This document shows positions 11,987-24,090 of a stretch of DNA of 64,000 bases, in pieces (within the stretch, counting starts at the first letter, position 1; each line of letters begins with the position of its first letter). The stretch lies in the NCBI GenBank assembly GCA_951406725.2, contig OX597841.1:1736001-1800000 (forward strand), in the 5' to 3' direction. Both the position numbers and the translations under genes were made by a program. The notes below the pieces were generated by a model that was not told the DNA's origin, did no database searches, and was given only the letters and a program-made list of their open reading frames with translations. This stretch comes from Octopus vulgaris (lineage: Eukaryota).

Positions 11987-12142
11987 GATATTTTGATGTC
12001 TTTTTTTTTATTTGGCGCCTAACGCTTATTTACCTCTGTTTACGCGGTCATTCTGTAGCAATCCAAGGTGTTAATTCGCTGTCAGCTGGTGTTTCCCTCT
12101 TTACTTGGCTCTCTGGCAATTTTAGATTGCAAATATGAAATT

Positions 12143-12145
<3 letters not shown>

Positions 12146-12226
<81 letters not shown>
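12146..12226. repeat. (CA)n microsatellite
   Basis: Pure AC dinucleotide run. Confidence 0.95.
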
Positions 12227-12233
<7 letters not shown>

Positions 12234-12235
<2 letters not shown>

Positions 12236-12330
12236 GTGTTTCATGGCTATATTTAAGAAATGATTGTAGTAAAAAAATTAATAGTAGTAGTAAAATCACT
12301 TCGATATCAATATAGCCACTCATCGGTTAG
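12234..12330 (-). ncRNA. Penelope-type hammerhead-ribozyme-like motif with long stem II (second partial copy at 8084-8176)
   Basis: Minus strand: CCGATGA-GTGGCTATATT...AATATAGCCAT-GAAAC; the 8.1-kb copy continues GAAAC-ACGTGT-C. Confidence 0.5.
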
Positions 12331-12346
12331 AAATAAACTAGGTTAG

Positions 12347-12408
<62 letters not shown>

Positions 12409-12694
12409 GATTAATAAATATATACACACACACACACATATATATATATGTATATATATATCTCTTATGATAAAAGGCAGATTTTCTCTGCCTCTGACAT
12501 AGTTTGTTTTTAATACAATTGTACAATATAGAATTTCTTCAATTGGAATTTACCTATGATTTTTCGAAGTACATTCCATTCTATATTTTAAAGGATAAAA
12601 ATATTGCAAGAAGTGGACAGATGTACATATATACATACATACATCCATACATACATGTGTGTGTGTGTGTATGTGTATTAATGCGTGTGTGTTA

Positions 12695-13082
12695 TCTCTC
12701 TCTATATAAAGCTGAAGTCGTCTGTGTGCGCCAGGTTTGGTAACCTTCAACTAACACTATCTCCTCCGAGACCCTGTGGCGCAAGTTGACCAAAATTGAG
12801 AGTATGATAGAAGAAGGCTTGCTCTTCCTTCTGTAGAAGATAAAAATCAAATCGGACCATGTTAACACCAAAAATTATTTACATCAAAAAGGTGCTTTTT
12901 CTATAAAAATCCCTATTTTTTACGATTTTTTCACTGCTGTGTCGCCACTTTTCGGTGTATTTCAACCAGATAAATGTTCACTTGAAGAGAATAACAAGCT
13001 ACATAATGCAAAATTTTACTTTTCAAAAATTCCAATTCCAGCGGGTCGAAACAAACCCGAGCAATGCCGGGCGATACTGCTA

Positions 13083-13083
<1 letters not shown>
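12695..13083 (+). mobile_element. Non-autonomous Helitron
   Basis: 5' A|TCTCTCTCTATATAAAGC; 3' hairpin CCCGAGCAATGCCGGG followed by CTAG|T. Confidence 0.75.
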
Positions 13084-13123
<40 letters not shown>

Positions 13124-13212
13124 CACACACATATATATATACATATACACACACACACATATATATACATATATATATATACATATACACATGTATATAT
13201 ATATACATATAT

Positions 13213-13433
13213 ATGATGGCTGTCCACTCGTGACCGAGGAAGACCATTGCCGACCTTCAGGAACATTGTGCGCTCTAGGACTAACTTATGTTTTGCATTT
13301 GCGGCTCCTTTGGTGGCTAATGAGCCCTGCTCTTGACAAGCATACACGACTGCAAACATTGCAGACCAAGCTTTCCCCATTCACTATACGATCCGTGCGC
13401 TTTCGGGCAGCTCGCTTAAGTTCTTCATGCTGG
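13213..13433 (-). mobile_element. 3' end of a second RTE-clade LINE with C-terminal zinc-finger-like motif
   Basis: Translates [48 protein letters not shown], then a short UTR ending CTCGGTCACGAGTGGACAGCCATC; flanked by TA repeats. Confidence 0.7.
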
Positions 13434-13453
13434 ATATATATATACATACATAC

Positions 13454-13730
<277 letters not shown>

Positions 13731-13731
13731 T

Positions 13732-14118
13732 GAAGTTGTGTGAGTGTCTGTCTCCTACGATTTAGATTCCTAACTACTCCCACATTTTGCGGTGCAGTTT
13801 AACCAAAAGTGGGTATCTTATAGTCGTGATTCATATCGAGCCCTTCTGGGTATTAGCGTGCGTCTACAATGAGTCTACGATTTAAAAAAAAATTTACCAT
13901 CATTTTTTCCCGTTTTTAATACATTTTTTCGCTATTATATAAGGGAAGTAACTCTCTAAAAATGTCTACGATGAGTCAACGATTTAAAAAAAAATTTACC
14001 AACATTTTTTTTTCCATTTTTAATGCATTTTTTTGCTATTTTTTGGCTATAACTCTCTAAAAATGCTTATATAGTTATTTCCTTTACAAACCCGAGCAAC
14101 GCCGGGCAATACTGCTAG
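13732..14118 (+). mobile_element. Non-autonomous Helitron (5' end lost)
   Basis: 3' hairpin CCCGAGCAACGCCGGG followed by AATACTGCTAG|T, nearly the same 3' end as the element ending at 13083. Confidence 0.7.
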
Positions 14119-14294
14119 TATATATATATATCTAATGTAGGATAAAATTTTTTCGAAAAAATTTTATCAATGGCCAGCATATTAAAAAATACCTTTAAAG
14201 GTTAAATTTATAAACAATTCATAAATAAGGGCAAACGAATTGTATATATATATATATACATATATCTTATGAGTAAGATCCAACGGTGTTTAAA

Positions 14295-14371
<77 letters not shown>

Positions 14372-14518
14372 CAATAGGGTTCAGCAACGAATTATTCGTT
14401 ACTAAACCCTTAATTATAGTATTACTTAAATTTTCCTCGAATGAGACTTTTACATGCCGAAGACTACTTGGTGTAATTGATAATTATTCCAAATTAATTA
14501 ATTTCACCCTTCATTATT

Positions 14519-14598
<80 letters not shown>

Positions 14599-15379
14599 GA
14601 TATGTATATACATGTATATACAGTTTCCCTGTTTCTACCTACCAAATCTGTCCACAAAATTTTAATCGGCCTGGGCTATAGAGTAGTAGAAGACATGTAC
14701 CCAAGATGTTACCAGACATTCGGGACTGAACAGAAAACCATGTGGCCAGGAAGCAAACATGTTAACAATTGGCTCACAACCCAGCCAGCATGATCCCACC
14801 ACCACCAACATCCTATGCAGAAGCCATCTCACACACACACACACACACACACGCACGCGCGCACACACAAACATCCACCTTTTACAGACTTATGGTAACT
14901 CACTGAAACAGCTTGCTCGACTGACCATTAAAATGTGGATGTGTTATATCAGGAATTCACGAAAGCCATCAACAAACTTGATTGCAGAATGATATGTCAC
15001 AAACAACATAATCTCGTCATTGTGGAACAACTTGGAGTGTGGCTTAATTGCATTTTTTAAATGGAAGAACTCAAGCTGTTGCCACCTGTGGAGCTTCTTT
15101 GGGGTGTTTTTATTTGGTGTTTTGTTTTTGCTTTTTTTTAATGACACTATAATTTATTCTGAGCAAAATGCTTTACTCCAGAAAAGTCTCTTAGCAGTCA
15201 TCATTGTCATAAAATACCTAAATATAGGACTTGTTTTACAAACTAGTGCATTCAAATAGATAAATACGTGTGTGGTATATGTCTGCGTGTGTGTGTATGT
15301 GTGTATGAATATACATATGAATATATATTGAATACATATATATATATATTGAATATATATATATATATATATATATTAA

Positions 15380-15958
15380 TATTTCTAAATCTCTCTAAAG
15401 GAGACTATGGCAGCAGTACTGGATATTAATAGTTATCGCCAAGCTAACATGGTAGTCCAGAGAAACAGGACGAATGCTGCTGTTGATTAGCTCCAACAGG
15501 CCATCGCCTCTAGCTAGCTATGTGACACACGAACCTGTGTCCATTATAACCTTCGAATGGGGGAGGTCAGCAGCTTCCCCTTGCTGGTTTGACATTAACA
15601 GACTAGTTTCAGGTTAGTTGCTCTTTATCAATGTGGAGTAGCCAGACCCAGCAGGCATCACTACTGACTGCCTGTTCGAAGGTTTATTTACCTAAATTCA
15701 GTGGAATACATCCACTGGTTTTCAAAAATAGAGATATTAACATTTCTATTTTAATATCAATAGAAATATTAAAATATTCTTTGTTATCACCAAGCTAATA
15801 TGGCAGTCCATAAATATAGGACGAATGCTGCAGTTTATTAGCTCCAAGAGGCCATCACCTCTAGCTAGCTATGTGACACATGAAACTGTGTCCATTATAT
15901 CCTTCGAACAGGGGAGGTCAGCAGCTTCCCCTTGCTGGTCAGGCATCTGCAGACTAGA
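15380..15958 (-). mobile_element. Penelope-like terminal repeat, partially duplicated, with degenerate hammerhead (15598-15636)
   Basis: ~175-bp direct repeat at ~15433-15606 and ~15783-15957; minus strand TTGATAA-AGAG..CCT-GAAAC-TAGT-C. Confidence 0.5.
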
Positions 15959-15959
15959 T

Positions 15960-16345
15960 TCTTAGGATCTTTCTGATTAAATATGTTGAGTTGGACGGTG
16001 ATTTTTGCTGTCATCTTACAGGCCTCTGCTGCATCAGTTGCTATTAGCAGTATTGCTGTTTTGTACAGACAAATCTTCAGTTCCATACTTAAGTTATTGC
16101 TACACCAAAGTGTTGTCAGTTTTCTAAGTACTGCCACAGGCTTGCCAATTTTGCAGCTTATATCCGTGTCTGCATTACCATTGCTTGTCACTCTGCTTCC
16201 AAAATATGTGAAGCTTTTAACTTCTTCAACTGGTTCTTGTCCAACTTTCACTGGGACACTCTCTACTTGTTTCCCAACTTGCATTACCTTCGTCTTTTGA
16301 CCGCTGATTCTCAACCCAGTCTTTGTTGCTTCCCTTTCCATGTTT
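15960..16345 (-). mobile_element. RTE-type LINE RT C-terminal fragment (older, without PHD insert)
   Basis: ORF 15895-16404: GLRISGQKTKVM..VEEVKSFTYFGSRVTSNGNADTDISCKIGK. Confidence 0.75.
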
Positions 16346-16567
16346 TTGTGTGTGTGTGTGTATGTATATAGTTGGTATGGATATAGAATCCTAGCAGGTA
16401 CCATATTAGCTTTTACAGGTTAATAATGCTGGCTAACCTCCGTGAGTGTAGAAGAACTCCAGTTAATTTATTTTGCTATTCACAGCAGATTTTCACATTG
16501 GTAAATCCATATATATATATATATTTTTTTTTGTAAACTATATATATATATTTTCATAAACTCTCCC

Positions 16568-17418
16568 TATCATCATCATCGTTTAACGTCCGTTCTCCAT
16601 GCTAGCATGGGTTGGACGGTTCGACCAGGGATCTGGGAAGCCAGAGGCTGCACCAGGCTCCAGTCTTATCTGGCAATGTTTCTACAGCTGGATGCCCTTC
16701 CTAACGCCAACCACTCCGTGAGTGTAGTGGGTGCTTTTTACATGCCACCTGCACAGGTGCCAGGCGAGGCTGGCAACGGCCATGGTTGGATTGGTGTATT
16801 TTATGTGCCACTGGCACGGAAGCCAGTCGAGGCAGCGCTGGCATCGGCCACGAGTCGGATAGTGCTTTTTACGTACCACCAAACCAGGCATCCTGGCTGG
16901 TTCAATTCGATTTCGCTTCCGCTTGCCCCAACATGTCTTCCCAAGCAAAGGGGGCCTGTCGTACGGTCGGATTGGTGTATTTTACGTGCCACCGGCACAG
17001 AAGCCAGTGGAGGCGGCGCTGGCATCGGCCACGAGTCGGATAGTGCTTTTTACGTACCACCAGACTAGGGATCCTGGCTGGTTCAATTCGATTTCGATTT
17101 CGCTTTCGCTTGCCCCAACATGTCTTCGCAAGCAAAGGGGGTTGGCATGGGTGCCTGTCGTCGGATGAGGTTCTATATCGACTTCGCTTGCCTCAACAGG
17201 TCTTTGTGTCCAAGGGAGGAAAGGCATTCATAAGTGGGCTGGGCTCACTTGTCCTGCCTGGTCTTCTCACGTACAGCATATTTCCAAAGGTCTCGGTCGC
17301 TGGTCATTTCCTCAGTGAGGCCTAAAGTTCGAAGGTCGTGCTTCACCACCTCGTCCCAGGTTTTCCTGGGTCTACCTCTTCCACGGGTTCCCTCAACTGC
17401 TAGGGATTGGCACTTTCT

Positions 17419-17419
<1 letters not shown>
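16568..17419 (-). mobile_element. 5'-truncated RTE-PHD LINE (ORF end plus 3'UTR repeats)
   Basis: Minus strand VEGTRGRGRPRKTWDEVVKHDLRTLGL; structured UTR units; GAT tail; abuts (TA)n. Confidence 0.85.
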
Positions 17420-17456
<37 letters not shown>

Positions 17457-17459
<3 letters not shown>

Positions 17460-18306
17460 GTAACTAAGGGCTTCTCCCTCAGAGTGAAAGGCAGATTGTA
17501 TGATGCTTGTGTGTGAACAGCTATGCTCTATGGCAATGAAACATGGGCTGTGGCTGCTGAAGACATGCATAGGCTTGAAAGAAATAAAGTTAGTATGCTT
17601 CGTTGGATGTGCAGTGTCACTGTGCATGTACAACAGAGTGGAAACGTCTTGAGAAAAAAATTGGGCATTAGAGGCATCAGATGTGGTGTGCAAGAGCGAC
17701 GACTGCATTGGTATGGTCATGTGATATGCATGGATGTAGACAGCTGTGTGAAAAAGTGCTGATCTTTACTAGTGGAAAGATGCTGTGGAAGAGGGAGACC
17801 CAAGAAGACATGGGACAAGGTGGTGAAGCATGATCTTTGAATGTTGGGCCTCACAGAGGCCATGACTAGTGACCAAGATATTTGACAATATGCCGTGCTT
17901 CAGAAGACCCGTCAAGCTAAGTGAAATTATAGTTGTGGCCATTGTCAGTGTCATGTAACTGGCACCCATGCTGGTGGCATATAAAAAGTGCCTTTTGAGT
18001 GCTGGGCCCCATGGAGACAATGACAAATGACTGAGATCTTTGGCAATATGCAATGCTTGACAAGACCCATCAAGCCAAGTGAAATTGTAGTCATGGCAGA
18101 TACTGGTGTCATGCAACTGACACCTGTGCCAGTGCACGTAAAAACACCCATTATTCTCGGAGTGGTTGGCACTAGGAAGGACATCCAGCCATAGAAATCA
18201 TGCCAAATCAGATTGGAATCTGGTTCAGCCCCTCAGCCCTAGTCAAACTGTTCAACCTATGCCAGCATGAACAATGGATGCTAAATGGTGATAATGATGA
18301 TGATGA
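17457..18306 (+). mobile_element. Degenerate 5'-truncated RTE LINE
   Basis: MLYGNETWAVAAEDMHRLERN..RLHWYGHV followed by a terminal module. Confidence 0.8.
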
Positions 18307-18337
18307 GGATTTATATAAATATATTAATCTGTATATA

Positions 18338-18374
<37 letters not shown>

Positions 18375-18640
18375 CTTTTACTTGTTTCAGTAATTTGATT
18401 GCAGCCATGTGAGGGCATTACCTTGAAGGGTTTTAGTCGAACAAATCTACCCCAGGACTTAACTTTTTTTTTTAAGCCTAGTACTTATTCTATCAGTCTC
18501 TTTTGCCAAACTGCTAAGTTACAGGGTCATAACCACACCAACACCAGTTGTCAAGCAGTGGGAGGAGGACAGATACAGCACAAAGACAAACACACATTGA
18601 TATGTACATATATATATATAGATATACACACAAACACACA

Positions 18641-18671
<31 letters not shown>

Positions 18672-18672
18672 T

Positions 18673-18720
<48 letters not shown>

Positions 18721-19045
18721 CTTCTTTTAGTTTCTGTCCACCAAATCCATTCACAAGGCTTTGGTCAACCCAAGGCAATTGTAGAAGACACTTACCCAAG
18801 GTATCATGGCAGTGACACTGAACCTGGAACCATGTGGTTGGGAAGCAAGCTTCTTTCCCCACAATCATGTATATATATATATACTTCATACATTGATGTT
18901 GAGTGGAGGAATCCTAGAACCCCAACAGTTAAGATCACCAATCATAGTCAAGAGATTAACTGCAACGCATCCATAGGTGTGGCATCCATGATTGTGTAAT
19001 GTGCTAATGGAAGATTCGTTGTGACTCAAGCTTCCAGTTCAAATT

Positions 19046-19395
19046 TGTAGTGATGCTACTGTGTAGGGTTCAGCGTGCATGCGCAGAATGGGACTACTTC
19101 CAGGTGGCCACCGGAAGTCTTCCCCATGCGCATGTGCGGGAAACGTTCCCTTAGGCCCGCCAAACTCAAATCCTCCTCTCTGGCAAGTCAGCCAACTCGA
19201 TCGGACGTACATTTCACAGGCTCTGATAACCTCACCAACTTAGCCGCCAACGACCATCGAACCTCTTCAACAAACGAACAAGAAGCTGTACATCAGAGGC
19301 TGTCCTTCTCCCATCAGACACACGTATGCCATCGCAACAAATAAACAAACTGCTGTCTTTTACCTGCAACCTGACTTCGTCTGTATTGTCTTACA
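19046..19395 (+). mobile_element. Probable solo LTR
   Basis: 350-bp GC-richer island beginning TGTAG and ending TTACA, with AATAAA near 19340 and imperfect flanks AAATT/AAAAT. Confidence 0.5.
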
Positions 19396-19544
19396 AAAAT
19401 TGTATGTGACTGGATCAGATCGACACCCTTTCAGTGAATCGATAACAGATCCTATTACAAATTCATTATAAAGGAATTGGATGATGACAGAAAGTCATGG
19501 AAATCCACAAAAAGGAGCAAAACCAAAGAAGTGGAATATATATT

Positions 19545-20530
19545 TGAAGCTAGCATGATCCGCTGGATGTGTAACGTCAGTGTCCATGCCCGACAGAGTG
19601 TAAGCACCCTGAAACAAATGTTGGACATAAGAAGCATCGAATGCAGCGTGCAGGAGAGACGTTTGCGTTGGTATGGTCATGTACTACGGATGGATGAGGA
19701 GAGATGTGTGAAGAAGTGCCACTCCCAAACTGTTGAAGGAATCCGGGGTAGAGGTAGACCCAGGATGACATAGGACAAGGTGGTCAAGCATGACCTTCGT
19801 ACGTTGAGCCTCACAGAGGCTATGACAAAAGACTGAGACCTCTGGAGATATGCGGTGACTTCAAAGACCCGACAAATGGAGTGAGTTCATGGCTTGCAGG
19901 ATGGCCTGCTGTGCTTGAGGAGACCTATTGTGTCAAGTACATCAAAATAGAAATTGAATGGATATTGTAGTTGTGATACCTGTGCCGGTGGAATGTAGGG
20001 CCTCACAGAGGAAATGACGAAGACTGAGACCTCTGAGATATGCTGTGTCTGTGAAGACCCGACAAATGAAGTAAGTTCTTGGCTCACAGGACGGCCTGCT
20101 GTGCTAACCTTGGATCGTAGAGTGACCTGCTATTCTTGAGGAGACCTATTAAGTCAAGTATGTCAACACCAACATCAAAATAAAAATTAAATAGAAATTG
20201 TAGTTGAGATACCCGTGCCAGTGACACGTAAACAGCACCACCCGAACGTACCAGATGCCAGAGCCGCCTGATTGGCATCCGTGTCGGTGACACATAAAAG
20301 CACCAACCGATTGTGGTCGATCATGGCCCCTGTGCCGGTGGCATATAAAAAGCACCCACTACACTCATGGAGTGGTTGGCATTAGGAAGGGCATCCAGCA
20401 GTAGAAACACTGCCAGATCAGACCGGAGCTTGGTGTAGCCTCCTAGCTTCCCAGACCCCGGTCAAACTGTCCAACCCATGCTAACATGGGAAATAGACGT
20501 TAAACGATGGTGATGATGATGATGATGATA
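19545..20530 (+). mobile_element. 5'-truncated RTE LINE with 3'UTR
   Basis: EASMIRWMCNVSVH..RLRWYGHVLRMDEERCVKKC..GRGRPR; GAT tail at ~20505-20530. Confidence 0.85.
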
Positions 20531-20699
20531 GTTATCTTTTAGTTTCCATTCTATCAAATCCATGCAACAATATTTTGTGGAACTGAAGCTGTAGAAAAAG
20601 ATATTTCACTAAGGAGCATGATAATGGGATTGAACCTGAAACCACAGGACACTGAAGCAAACTTTTCAACCACATAGCCACGAAAGCACCCCAACTGTT

Positions 20700-22473
<1,774 letters not shown>

Positions 22474-22479
22474 ATATAT

Positions 22480-23550
22480 TTGAAAGTGTAACGGCTAGAG
22501 TAAGGATAGCCTCGGCAAAGTTTAGGGAGCTCTTACCTCTGCTGGTGACAAAAGGCCTCTCGCTCAGAGTAAAAGGCAGACTGTATGATGCATGTGTACG
22601 TACAGCCATGCTACATGGTAGTGAAACATGGGCCGTGACTGCTGAGGATATGCGTAAGCTCACAAGAAATGAAGCCAGTATGCTCCGATGGATGTGTAAT
22701 GTCAGTGTTCATACTCAACAGAGTGTAAGTACCTTGAGAGAAAAGTTGAACCTAAGAAGCATCAGTTGTGGTGTGCAAGAGAGACGTCTGCGCTGGTATG
22801 GGCATGTGATGAGAATGGCTGAAGATAGTTGTGTGCAAAAGTGCCACACTCTAGCAGTTGAGGGAACCTGTGGAAGAGGTAGACCCAGGAAAACCTGGGA
22901 TGAGGTGGTGAAGCACGACCTTCGAACTTTAGGTCTCACCAAGGAAATGACTAGAGACCGAGACCTATGGAAGTATGCTGTGCATGAGAAGACCCGGCAA
23001 GACAAGTGAGAACAGTCAAAATCAAACCAAATCAACATCAGTGGAAATTGCAGCTGTGGTTAAGCGAACCATCCGATCGTTTGTCCGTTGCCAGCCTCGC
23101 CTGGCCCCCGTGCTGTTGGCACGTGAAAGCACCATCCGTTCGTGTCCGTTGGCAGCCCTGCCTGGCCCCCGTGCCACTGGCACATAAAAGCACCATCCGC
23201 TCGTGTCCGTTGCCAGCCTCGCCTGGCCCCCGTGCCGGTAGCACGTAAAAGCACCATCCGTTCGTGTCCGTTGCCAGCCTCGCCTGGCCCCCGTGCCGGT
23301 GGCACGTAAAAACACCATCCGTTCGTGGCCGTTTGCCAACTCTGTCTGGCACCTGTGCAGGTGGCACGTAAAAAGCACCCACTACACTCATGGAGTGGTT
23401 GGCGTTAGGAAGGGCATCCAGCCGTAGAAACACTGCCAGATCAGACTGGGCCTGATGAAGCCTTCCGGCTTCACAGACCCCAGTTAAACCGTCCAACCCA
23501 TGCTAGCATGGAAAACGGACGCTAAATGATGATGATGATGATGATGATGA
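22480..23550 (+). mobile_element. 5'-truncated RTE-PHD LINE with five UTR units
   Basis: ORF 22545-23009 is intact to the stop; UTR units at 23068-23380; GAT tail. Confidence 0.9.
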
Positions 23551-23865
23551 TATATATATACAGCATATATATATATATATATATATACATTGTACCTACC
23601 AACAGTTATGTGTGTTTGTGTAATTATTCTTTTATTTGTTTCAATTATTTGACTGTGGCCATGCTACAGAACCACCTTAAAGGGGTTTTTTAGTCAAAGA
23701 AATCAACCGCAGGATTTATTCCTTATTCGAAACCTAATACCTATCCTATTGGTCTCTTTTGCCAAACCGCTAAGTTCTGGCGACATAAACACACCTACAC
23801 TAGTTATCAGGTGATGGCGGAGGAACAAACATAGGCACAAAGTGATTATCACATAAATACATACG

Positions 23866-23899
<34 letters not shown>

Positions 23900-24090
23900 G
23901 GCGCAGGAGTGGCTGTGTGGTAAGTAGTTTGTTTACCAGCCACATAGCCACATGGTTCCGGGTTCAGTCCCACTACGTGGCACCTTGGGCAAGTGTCTTC
24001 TACTATAGCCTCGGGCTGACCAAAGCCTTGTGAGTGGATTTGGTAGACGGAAACTGAAAGAAGCCCGTCGTATATATGTATATATATATA

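Noticed and set aside
24030-24090. Start of the 334-aa ORF as a real gene
   Set aside because: The N-terminus comes from SINE and TA sequence that is in frame by chance; the LINE copy is 5'-truncated and lacks the YADD motif
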